Assembly: GCA_021813045.1 (NCBI GenBank)
Contig: JAKAMF010000001.1
Location: forward strand, 13,539-37,538
DNA from: a bacterium
GTDB taxonomy: Bacteria > Omnitrophota > Gorgyraeia > Gygaellales > Profunditerraquicolaceae
DNA: 24,000 nucleotides
Direction: 5' to 3'
Positions 1 to 7,322 of this stretch are shown in pieces. Numbering within the stretch: the first letter of the stretch is position 1; the number at the start of each line of letters is the position of its first letter. The notes beneath the pieces were generated by a model. It had not been told where the DNA came from and made no database searches. It worked only from the letters and a program-made list of their open reading frames with translations. Position numbers and translations under genes: made by a program.

Positions 1-744
1 TTCTACTAAGCGCGCGAAACTTGGCGCATACCAGATATTATTATTATAAACCGGCATGGGCTGATAGCTGGCCTGATGCGGATGAGGAGTAGTCATAAAA
101 TGATACGACAGGCAGCCGAAATATTCTTTTTCCACACAGGTGTCCGCGTCAAAACAAGAAACAATCACGTTTTCCAGAGGAATTTTTTCTTTTAAAATAA
201 ATTCTTTGGCTGCTTTGGCTGCCCAAGTGGCATTAGCGCCCTTGGTGCGCGCTTCACCCGGCAGGCCGTCCGGATGAAAAGTAGAAAGATATCCGCGGAA
301 TAATTTTTTAAATTTTTCTTCCAGCGCCCGGCTGTTTTCTTTAGCCTGCGGGTTACGTTCTTCAAAAGCAACCACCACAATAGTCTTTTCTTTGGGATAA
401 TTAGCGTCAGCTAAGGCCTGCAAAGAAGGATTAAGTATAGCCAAACCTTCCTTATAAACCGGGAAAATTACCAGATGATAGAATTTGCTCCAATCATTAT
501 TCAGTGATTGGCATTGATTCAGCCAATCCCGATTCTTTTGCCGGGATAATTTATGATAAGCCATTACTAAAAGCGTAGTTAAATAAAGCGAACGGATAAT
601 CCAGTAAAAATCAAAAATGATAATCCAGATCGCGCAGGCAACCGGATTAAAAATTGCCAGGATTACTAAAAGCAGGATAATCCCCCAGGAAGTTGCTCCG
701 GGAATGATCTCAAAAAAACGTGTCAGCTTATTGCGTTTTTTCAT
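1..744 (-). CDS. Family-2-like glycosyltransferase, membrane-anchored; N-terminal 248 codons only (3' end runs off the left edge)
   Basis: Absent from the ORF track because no stop lies in the window. Reading the minus strand from ATG at 744-742 gives an unbroken frame to base 1: MKKRNKLTRFFEIIPGATSWGIILLLVILAIFNPVACAIWIIIFDFYWIIRSLYLTTLLVMAY... Two N-terminal hydrophobic helices are followed by GT-A-like motifs (VIFPVYKEG, NYPKEKTIVVVAFEE, DxD-like CFDADT). The start overlaps the upstream gene's stop by 17 nt. Confidence 0.7.
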   Translation of the reverse strand, partial: MKKRNKLTRFFEIIPGATSWGIILLLVILAIFNPVACAIWIIIFDFYWIIRSLYLTTLLVMAYHKLSRQKNRDWLNQCQSLNNDWSKFYHLVIFPVYKEGLAILNPSLQALADANYPKEKTIVVVAFEERNPQAKENSRALEEKFKKLFRGYLSTFHPDGLPGEARTKGANATWAAKAAKEFILKEKIPLENVIVSCFDADTCVEKEYFGCLSYHFMTTPHPHQASYQPMPVYNNNIWYAPSFARLVE

Positions 745-1669
745 TTGTCCTTAACTTTCTTAATTCCTGAAAAATTGAGGCCCGGGGATTTAAGTCCAGG
801 CGGTAAAGATTATTATAGGTATTTCCGTCTTCTGCCTTTTGCCAATCATTAAAATATAAAGCGTCTTGCCCATTATCATAATAACCATTACTAACCGCGC
901 TATTTAAGACCACCAACTCCACCGCCTGGCTGGCCGGTTTTGCCTCCAACGCCACGATATTCTTGCTGCTGATAACGATTATATGGTAATTATCCGAATG
1001 CCAAAAGGCGTCGCTGATCAAACCGGCGTTATATTCGATTACGAACGAATCATCGCTGGAAGGATTTTGCGTATCCAATAAAGCCACTCCGATGCGATGC
1101 TGATTAAAATACAAAACCTTCTTCCGGTCGCTGGATAACTTCCATTTTATCGGCTGCGGATTAATCCGGATAAATTGCGCCAACCGTTCCAAATGCAGGC
1201 CCTCTAAATCAGAACGGAATACACCGGATTGTTTCTCATCAATATAATAAATTATTTTCTTGTCTTCATCTACCCAGAAAGTATCCAGCCCCTCTTTATT
1301 GACTTGCTTAACATGCGGCCGCAGAGGGAAAAGAATAATTTTTTCTAGCAAAGTTACTTGGCGGGCAAAAACCTGCGCCTGCCCGGTCCAAGGAAAACGC
1401 CCTTCTAACTCTAAGCGTAAATTATAAGTTGCCGGGATGAGTTCGCGTAAAGTAGCCGGGGTTTTATCATTCAGTAATTTTCCGTCCAAATAAATACTCG
1501 CTCCTTCCGGCTGAGTACGGATAGAAATCAGGCCGGTAGGAGTGAATTTAAGCGTCTTTTGGTTAAACTTCAGACCCAGGGCAAAGGTAAGAATTAAAGG
1601 CAGGCCGATAATAAAAATAGAAACGCTGAGATAATAAAGCAGGGCGCGGATTCTTTGTTCGCTAAACAT
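728..1669 (-). CDS. PEGA-domain membrane protein (N-terminal TM helix, PEGA domain, C-terminal beta-rich region)
   Basis: 313-aa ORF with ATG at 1669, 3 nt after the folE stop. It has a TM segment (LLYYLSVSIFIIGLPLILTFALGL) and the literal PEGA motif in IRTQPEGASIYLDGKLLNDKTPATL. The C-terminal part resembles beta-propeller/TolB-like repeats, which is inference only. Confidence 0.8.
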   Translation of the reverse strand: MFSEQRIRALLYYLSVSIFIIGLPLILTFALGLKFNQKTLKFTPTGLISIRTQPEGASIYLDGKLLNDKTPATLRELIPATYNLRLELEGRFPWTGQAQVFARQVTLLEKIILFPLRPHVKQVNKEGLDTFWVDEDKKIIYYIDEKQSGVFRSDLEGLHLERLAQFIRINPQPIKWKLSSDRKKVLYFNQHRIGVALLDTQNPSSDDSFVIEYNAGLISDAFWHSDNYHIIVISSKNIVALEAKPASQAVELVVLNSAVSNGYYDNGQDALYFNDWQKAEDGNTYNNLYRLDLNPRASIFQELRKLRTNEKTQ

Positions 1670-1672
1670 AAT

Positions 1673-2227
1673 TTATCTAATTAAAGCTAAGGCCTCGGAA
1701 CGGGTTTTTTCATTTTTCTGGAATATCCCGCGCACGGCGCTGGTCACGGTCATTGTCCCGGCTTTTTTTACTCCGCGCATAGACATACAAAGATGCTCGG
1801 CCTCGATGATTACCATACACCCGGCTGGTTTTAACTTTTTCATGATGATCTCGGCAATCTGGGTAGTCAGCCGCTCCTGCACCTGCGGGCGCTTAGCTAA
1901 AATATCTACTACCCGGGCTAACTTGCTTAAACCGGTAACCCGCCCGCCCTTAGGGATATAAGCCACGTGCGCCTTACCTAAAAACGGCAGTAAATGATGC
2001 TCGCAAACCGAATAAAGCGGGATCCCTTTTAATAAAACAATTTCCTGATGCTTATGGTCGAGGATAACTTCCAGTTCCTTTTCCGGATTCTGTTTAATCC
2101 CGGAGAAAATCTCTTCATACATTTCCGCTACCCGGCGCGGAGTTTCCTGCAAGTCTTTTTTCTGTGGATTTTCTCCGATCGCCACCAAAATATCTTTTAC
2201 TGCTCTTTCAATTTTTGGTTTATCCAT
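1673..2227 (-). CDS. folE: GTP cyclohydrolase I (FolE type 1)
   Basis: Hallmark motifs are VCEHHLLPF, the ...[10 protein letters not shown]... segment and [13 protein letters not shown]. The track ORF extends to 2278, but the ATG at 2227 is preceded by AAAGGA 5-6 nt upstream and gives a typical ~184-aa FolE ([14 protein letters not shown]...). Confidence 0.93.
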   Translation of the reverse strand: MDKPKIERAVKDILVAIGENPQKKDLQETPRRVAEMYEEIFSGIKQNPEKELEVILDHKHQEIVLLKGIPLYSVCEHHLLPFLGKAHVAYIPKGGRVTGLSKLARVVDILAKRPQVQERLTTQIAEIIMKKLKPAGCMVIIEAEHLCMSMRGVKKAGTMTVTSAVRGIFQKNEKTRSEALALIR

Positions 2228-2366
2228 TTTTATCCTTTGCTTAGAAAACACACATACCTTGCCCAATTTGATGGGCAAGTACGCGCTTATTGCGCTGCCC
2301 GCCCATTAGCCCAAAAAGGGCGTGCTTGGCAATCATTTATGCCAAGGCACCGATAGGGCGGGGTGC
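2228..2366 (-). promoter_or_regulatory. Structured 139-nt mnmE-folE spacer: candidate cis-regulatory leader (three-way junction plus terminator-like hairpin)
   Basis: Minus-strand pairings found by eye: CCCGCCC (2362-2356) with GGGCGGG (2304-2298); CUUGGCA (2346-2340) with UGCCAAG (2331-2325); GCCC-U5-GGGC (2321-2309); GCGC-AAUAA-GCGC (2295-2283); CUUGCCCA-UCAAAU-UGGGCAAG (2279-2258) followed by GUAUGUGUGUUUUCU. AUGGGC (2306-2301) is also complementary to GCCCAU (2276-2271). Confidence 0.35.
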
Positions 2367-3740
2367 CTATTTGCCGATACAAAATTCCGAAAATATCTTA
2401 TCCAATAAATCTTCCGAGAAACGCTTGCCTAAAATATCATCCAAAAGCCCCAAGGCATCTTTAATTCCCTGGACGATAAATTCTAAAGGTAATTTATTAT
2501 CCATTGATTTAAGGCTTTGGGCAATAAGTTTTTCTGCTTGCCGCAGTAATTCAATATGCCGGGTATTGGCAACTAAAAGTGACTCTTGCGGACGCACGCT
2601 GCCCCGATAAACTAAACCGGTGATTGCTTCTTCTAAAAGATCGATCTGACGCATTTTTTTGGCGGAGATTTCTACCAAATAAGGAAATTTTTTCTTAATT
2701 TCGGCTTTATTGATCTTTGGCGGCAAATCAATTTTATTGATTACTGCGATGGTTTTCTCGGCCGCCAATTTATTTATTAAATACTTGTCTTCTTTGTCTA
2801 ATTTACGTGAGCCGTCTAAAAGTAAAATTATCAAATCGGCTAAACGAATGTGCTGGCGAGAACGCTGAATAGCTTTTTTCTCCGCCAGATCCCGCGGCTG
2901 GATAATGCCGGCGGTATCAACGATCCTTACCGGGATGCCTTTAATATCAATGATCTCCTCGATTGCGTCACGAGTAGTCCCGGCAATCGGAGTAACAATC
3001 GAACGCTCTCTTTTTAAAAGCGCATTTAACAAAGATGATTTTCCGGTATTGGCCTTGCCGCAGATTACCGTATGGATCCCCTCGCGTAAAATCCGGGCAG
3101 AAGCAGCATCGGACAATAATTTTTGAAGTCGGGAATCGATTTCTTGCAAGCGCCGGGAAAAATCAGCCAGCTGAATTTCTTCTTCGGGAAAATCTATACT
3201 TGCCTCTAATCCGGCCAGAATATCCAAAAGGCCTTTTCTGTGTTCTTGGATAGTTTTAGACAAACCGCCTTTTAACTGTTGCGCGCCGATGGCTAAAGCA
3301 GCATCGGTCTTGGCCTGAATAATATCCAGGACTGCTTCGGCTTGGGCTAAATCAATTCTGCCGTTTAAAAACGCGCGCTTGGTAAATTCACCCGGCTGCG
3401 CCAGGCGGGCGCCTTTTTCTAAAACTAAATCCAGCACGCGGCGCAAAGCAACAATCCCGCCGTGGCAATTAATCTCCGCCATATCCTGACGGGTAAAACT
3501 CGCCGGAGCGCGCATTACGGTTAACAAGGCCTCATCGATAACCTCTCCCTTATCCTCTACCCAGCCATAACGCAAAGTATAACTTTGGAATTCCGAAGGC
3601 CTTTTGCCGTTTTTAGCTTTAAAAATTACATCGGCAATTTTTAAGGCCGCCGGGCCGCTTAAGCGCACAATCCCAATACCCGCTTCGCCGAAAGAAGTAG
3701 CGATTGCCGCGATCGTATCGTTTAAATCATAATTTTTCAC
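2367..3740 (-). CDS. mnmE: tRNA modification GTPase MnmE (TrmE)
   Basis: 457 aa. N-terminal DTIAAIATSFGEAGIGIVRLSG, G domain GKANTGKSSLLNAL / DTAG / NKID, and the canonical C-terminal CIGK. GTG start at 3740 with AGGAG 9 nt upstream. It overlaps the folC stop by 14 nt. Confidence 0.95.
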   Translation of the reverse strand: MKNYDLNDTIAAIATSFGEAGIGIVRLSGPAALKIADVIFKAKNGKRPSEFQSYTLRYGWVEDKGEVIDEALLTVMRAPASFTRQDMAEINCHGGIVALRRVLDLVLEKGARLAQPGEFTKRAFLNGRIDLAQAEAVLDIIQAKTDAALAIGAQQLKGGLSKTIQEHRKGLLDILAGLEASIDFPEEEIQLADFSRRLQEIDSRLQKLLSDAASARILREGIHTVICGKANTGKSSLLNALLKRERSIVTPIAGTTRDAIEEIIDIKGIPVRIVDTAGIIQPRDLAEKKAIQRSRQHIRLADLIILLLDGSRKLDKEDKYLINKLAAEKTIAVINKIDLPPKINKAEIKKKFPYLVEISAKKMRQIDLLEEAITGLVYRGSVRPQESLLVANTRHIELLRQAEKLIAQSLKSMDNKLPLEFIVQGIKDALGLLDDILGKRFSEDLLDKIFSEFCIGK

Positions 3741-5028
3741 TTCTAAATTCTCCTACCACAAATAATGAACCGGTAACTAAAATTAAATCTTCTTTATTTG
3801 CTGCCTGTAAGGCTTTCTTCTTTGCCTCTCTTACCGTTTTTGTTTTAATCACTTCTGCCTTCTGCCCTGTGCCCTGTGCCCCAACAGCTTTAGCCAACCT
3901 ATCAACACTCGCCGCCCGCGGAGTATTCGCTTGAGTTAAAATTATTTTACCGGCCAGCGGACAAATAACTTTACAAATTCCGGCAATATCCTTATCGCTG
4001 GAAACACCTAAGACTAAAATTAATTTATTATATTTAAATCCTTGTTTTACCGTTTTTGCCAGCGCAAGCATAGAAGCGACATTTTGCGCTCCGTCTAATA
4101 CAATAAAAGGCTGCTTGCGGATTATCTCGCACCTGCCCGGCCAAATCGCGCTAGCAATCCCCCTTTGAATTGCTTTTTTATTTATTTTTATTCCCTTGCC
4201 GCTTAAGGCTTCTGCTACGGCAGCTGCAACCGCGGCGTTGCTTAACTGATGCTGCCCTAAAAGTTGAGGCCTGAATTTAGGTTGAATTTTCGCGCAGACC
4301 TCATACAATTTGGCGCCGGTTTCCCGGCATTTTTTTCTGATTACCTCCTGCGCGTCTTTTTCCTGCGGAGCAGAAATTATAATTTGTTTTTGATTTTTTA
4401 TAATCCCGGCCTTTTCCCGCGCAATTGCCTTTAATGTCCTGCCTAATTTATCCGTATGTTCCAAGCTTATCGGTGTGATTACGCTAACCAAGGCGTTGAC
4501 CGCGTTAGTCGCGTCCAGCCGGCCGCCTAAACCGGTTTCCAAAACCGCGAAATCGATTTTTTTCTCTTTAAAATAATTAAAAGCCAGCGCGGTATAAACC
4601 TCAAAGAACGTTAAGGCGCCAAATCGAGAATGACGATTAAATTTTTCAATCGCCGGCTTAAGTTTAGCGACCTGCTGCGACAAATCTTGCCGCGAAATCA
4701 TTCCCTCAAAATCTTTACTTACCCCTTGTACCTTCCCCCTTGCGCCCAATATTCTAATCCGCTCCCGAAAATCCTCTAAATGCGGAGACGTATAAAGTCC
4801 GGTTTTAAAACCGGCCCGGCGCAAGATATAAGCGATAAAGGCACAGGTCGAGCCCTTGCCCTTAGTCCCGGCAACATGAATACTTCTAAAACTATTTTGC
4901 GGATTTTTGATCACGGAGAGAAAATCGATCATCCGCTCAGGCCTTAAGGCCTTTTGATAAGGCCAAAAGCTGGCGCGCTCATAGTCAACAAATGACTCGA
5001 GGTATTTAATTGTTTCTAAAAAAAGCAT
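3727..5028 (-). CDS. folC: Bifunctional folylpolyglutamate synthase / dihydrofolate synthase
   Basis: 433 aa, Mur-ligase fold. P-loop HVAGTKGKGST, followed by LETGLGGRLDATN and the typical FolC length. ATG at 5028 lies 6 nt after the purH stop. Confidence 0.9.
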   Translation of the reverse strand: MLFLETIKYLESFVDYERASFWPYQKALRPERMIDFLSVIKNPQNSFRSIHVAGTKGKGSTCAFIAYILRRAGFKTGLYTSPHLEDFRERIRILGARGKVQGVSKDFEGMISRQDLSQQVAKLKPAIEKFNRHSRFGALTFFEVYTALAFNYFKEKKIDFAVLETGLGGRLDATNAVNALVSVITPISLEHTDKLGRTLKAIAREKAGIIKNQKQIIISAPQEKDAQEVIRKKCRETGAKLYEVCAKIQPKFRPQLLGQHQLSNAAVAAAVAEALSGKGIKINKKAIQRGIASAIWPGRCEIIRKQPFIVLDGAQNVASMLALAKTVKQGFKYNKLILVLGVSSDKDIAGICKVICPLAGKIILTQANTPRAASVDRLAKAVGAQGTGQKAEVIKTKTVREAKKKALQAANKEDLILVTGSLFVVGEFRSEKL

Positions 5029-5034
5029 GTGAAT

Positions 5035-6597
5035 TTAGTGCCGGAAATGCCGGATGCCGGTAAAGACCATGGGAATTTTGTATTTATCGGCCATCTGGAT
5101 AATTTTATCGTCGGCAATGGAGCCGCCGGGCTGGATGATCGCTTTAATCTTGTATTTAGCAGCCAACTGTATCGCGTCTTCTTTGGGGAAAAAAGCGTCG
5201 GAGGCCAGCACTGAACCTAAGGCTATTTTACCCGCTTTCTTGGTTGAGATAAAAACCGAGTCTACGCGCGACATCTGTCCCGCGCCAATGCCTACGGTTT
5301 TGGTACCGCGGGTTAGAATAATCGCGTTGGACTTAACGTGTTTAGCAACTTTCCAGGCAAAAAGCAATGATTCCATTTGCGCCTTAGTAGGTTTCTTTTG
5401 AGTAACTACTTTTAATTTACTCTCATCCAAGGTTAAGCTATCTTCATCCTGCAAAAGCAACCCGCCGTCGACTTTTTTAAAATCTAAACCGCTGCTTTTG
5501 ACAAGTAAATCCGGCATTTCCAATAAGCGCAGATTTTTTTTGTTCTTTAATAAAGCTAATGCGTCAGAGCTGAACTCCGGGCAAATCACGCACTCTAAAA
5601 ATCCGCTTTTTTCAATTAGTTTGGCCAGCGCCAAATCAATTTTACGGTTAACGCTGACAATCCCGCCAAAAGCGGAAAGCTTATCGCAGGCCCAGGCATC
5701 TTTATAGGCCTTAAGCAAATCCTTATTTTCCGCCACGCCGCAAGGATTGTTATGTTTAATAAAAACTACTGCCGGTAAAGTAAATTCACGGACAATATTT
5801 ACCGCGGCGTTTAAATCAAGGATGTTATTAAAAGAAAGTTCCTTGCCCCAGAGCTGTTTAGCGCTGGCCAGCCCCTTAAGCTGTCCTTTGTCCGCGTAAA
5901 AGGCGGCTTTCTGATGCGGATTCTCGCCGTAACGTAAGTCCTGTATTTTGCTAAATTCAAAACCGATACTGTTGCCAAAACCGGTTTCCGGAGCCGGGCC
6001 GGTGAGAATTTTTTTGCTTAAATAATTATAAATCGCCTGGTCATAGCGGCTAGTCAATCCGTAAACCTCTACGCCTAATTTACGCATGGTCTTTTCGGAT
6101 AAAGCGCCCTTATTTTCCTTTAGTTCCTGAATAATTGCGGCGTAGCGTTCAGGATTGCTGATCACTGCCACGGATTGCGCATTTTTCGCCGCGGAACGCA
6201 GCATACTTGGGCCGCCGATATCAATATTTTCAATCGCTTCTTCTAAAATAACATCCGGCTTGGCCACGGTTTTTTCAAAAGGATATAAGTTAACCACCAC
6301 CATATCGATTAAGCCGATTTCATGCTCTTTTAATTTAGCCATGTGTTCCGGGTTAGCGCGCAAAGCCAAAAGCCCGCCGTGAATTTTCGGATGCAGCGTT
6401 TTTACCCGGCCGTCGAGCATTTCCGGAAAACCCGTATACTCGGAAACATCTTTTACCGGAAGATTATTTTCCCGCAATACCTTGGCCGTGCCGCCGGTAG
6501 AGAGAATCTCTACGCCGAACTTGACTAATTCTTTGGCAAAATCCACGATGCCGGTTTTATCCGACACACTGATCAACGCGCGCTTAATCTTAACCAT
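5035..6597 (-). CDS. purH: Bifunctional AICAR formyltransferase / IMP cyclohydrolase
   Basis: 520 aa. N-terminal MGS-like IMPCH domain (ALISVSDKTGIVDFAKEL...STGGTAK...GRVKTLHPKIHGG) and C-terminal AICARFT domain (...KHNNPCG...). AGGAG lies 9 nt upstream of the ATG at 6597. Confidence 0.95.
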   Translation of the reverse strand: MVKIKRALISVSDKTGIVDFAKELVKFGVEILSTGGTAKVLRENNLPVKDVSEYTGFPEMLDGRVKTLHPKIHGGLLALRANPEHMAKLKEHEIGLIDMVVVNLYPFEKTVAKPDVILEEAIENIDIGGPSMLRSAAKNAQSVAVISNPERYAAIIQELKENKGALSEKTMRKLGVEVYGLTSRYDQAIYNYLSKKILTGPAPETGFGNSIGFEFSKIQDLRYGENPHQKAAFYADKGQLKGLASAKQLWGKELSFNNILDLNAAVNIVREFTLPAVVFIKHNNPCGVAENKDLLKAYKDAWACDKLSAFGGIVSVNRKIDLALAKLIEKSGFLECVICPEFSSDALALLKNKKNLRLLEMPDLLVKSSGLDFKKVDGGLLLQDEDSLTLDESKLKVVTQKKPTKAQMESLLFAWKVAKHVKSNAIILTRGTKTVGIGAGQMSRVDSVFISTKKAGKIALGSVLASDAFFPKEDAIQLAAKYKIKAIIQPGGSIADDKIIQMADKYKIPMVFTGIRHFRH

Positions 6598-6614
6598 TTA
6601 ATCTTTTCTCCTTT

Positions 6615-7319
6615 TTATTTATTACAGCGGAAAACGATATAATCGCCGTCCTGGACGATGTATTCCTTCATTTCTAAGCGGATGTGATTGGCGGAGCGGG
6701 CCTTATTTAAAGAGCCATCATTGATCAAATCCTGGTAGCTGACTACTTCCGCGCGGATAAATCCTTTTTGTATATCCGAATGGATCGCACCCGAGGCCTC
6801 CCAGGCATTAGCGCCTTTTTTAATTGACCAGGCATGGGCATCTTTGTCGCCGGCAGTAAAATATGATATCCAGCCAAAATGATAATAAGCATTAAACAAT
6901 AATTTCCCCTTGTCTTCCAATCCTTCGGGCTTAGCTAAATATACCGGCTTAATGGTTAAAAGCGAATAACCGGAAATTAATTTTCCTTCTTCTTCATTCA
7001 GGGTTAATTCGGAGAGAAATTTTTCCTTATCCAATAGCTCTTTAAAACGGATAAATAAATTTTTCTCGATTTCATCGGCTGACCGGCCCAGGCGGGTTTC
7101 AACGAACTCCATATCATTGACGATCAAGTCAAGTTTGGCGCTTTCCGGACAAGCAATTCCGTCTGCCTCGATGATTTTCTCCGGATCCGTCACAATATCC
7201 GCCTGAATATATACTTCTTTCGGCGAATTAAACATAGTTTTAAGGACCTTGACCCGCGGATCCACGATGTTGGCGCGGCCGGGCGCAATACCTTCAATTC
7301 CCAAAATTCCGATTTTCAA
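6615..7319 (-). CDS. YchF-like protein lacking the P-loop NTPase motifs (retains the YchF C-terminal TGS/DUF933 domain)
   Basis: 234 aa. The C-terminus matches YchF closely (YFTAGDKDAHAWSIKKGANAWEASGAIHSDIQKGFIRAEVVSYQDL...YIVQDGDYIVFRCN). The N-terminus MKIGILGIEGIAPGRANIVDPR lacks GxxxxGKS. TTG start at 7319 with GAGGT 7 nt upstream, directly after the EF-G-like stop, so no upstream exon could supply a P-loop. Confidence 0.8.
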   Translation of the reverse strand: MKIGILGIEGIAPGRANIVDPRVKVLKTMFNSPKEVYIQADIVTDPEKIIEADGIACPESAKLDLIVNDMEFVETRLGRSADEIEKNLFIRFKELLDKEKFLSELTLNEEEGKLISGYSLLTIKPVYLAKPEGLEDKGKLLFNAYYHFGWISYFTAGDKDAHAWSIKKGANAWEASGAIHSDIQKGFIRAEVVSYQDLINDGSLNKARSANHIRLEMKEYIVQDGDYIVFRCNK

Positions 7320-7322
7320 TTT

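Noticed and set aside
192-380. 62-aa minus-strand ORF from the track.
   Set aside because: It is out of frame inside the uninterrupted GT2-like reading frame (1-744), which has convincing TM and GT-A motifs.
2228-2278. N-terminal extensions implied by the maximal ORFs: folE to 2278, EF-G-like to a TTG at 9311, hexokinase to a GTG at 16936, pabB to a TTG at 23966.
   Set aside because: Internal ATGs with Shine-Dalgarno sequences (2227, 9257) or immediately adjacent ATGs (16927, 23963) give N-termini that match the family norms. The extensions add non-conserved residues.
2241-2336. A 31-codon minus-strand uORF ([31 protein letters not shown]) spans most of the mnmE-folE spacer and ends 13 nt before the folE ATG.
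   Set aside because: There is no Shine-Dalgarno before its ATG and no codon pattern suggestive of a leader-peptide attenuator. An ORF of this length is easily produced by chance. It is kept only as an alternative explanation to test if the riboswitch idea fails.
2228-2366. Assigning the folE leader to a known riboswitch class (THF-I, ZTP/pfl, preQ1-I/II, purine).
   Set aside because: The conserved cores I remember are not present. These include the THF-I CGCGUUAAG...GCGCGG-type elements, ZTP GACUGGCG...CCGCCUGGGC, the preQ1 small hairpin with A-rich tail, and the purine J1/2-J2/3 junctions with 7-nt kissing loops. I cannot exclude THF-II or other classes without a covariance-model search.
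2048-2610. Plus-strand ORFs 2048-2356 (102 aa) and 2290-2610 (106 aa) crossing the folE 5' end, the spacer and the mnmE 3' end.
   Set aside because: They are antisense to two strongly supported conserved genes. The translated sequences are low-complexity and R/S/F/L-rich with no recognisable motifs, typical of shadow ORFs.
3864-3882. Tandem heptamer GCCCTGT GCCCTGT GCCCC inside the folC 3' region.
   Set aside because: Only two copies, in-frame coding (GAQGTGQ) within a variable linker. There is no sign of a repeat array or slippage-related frameshift.
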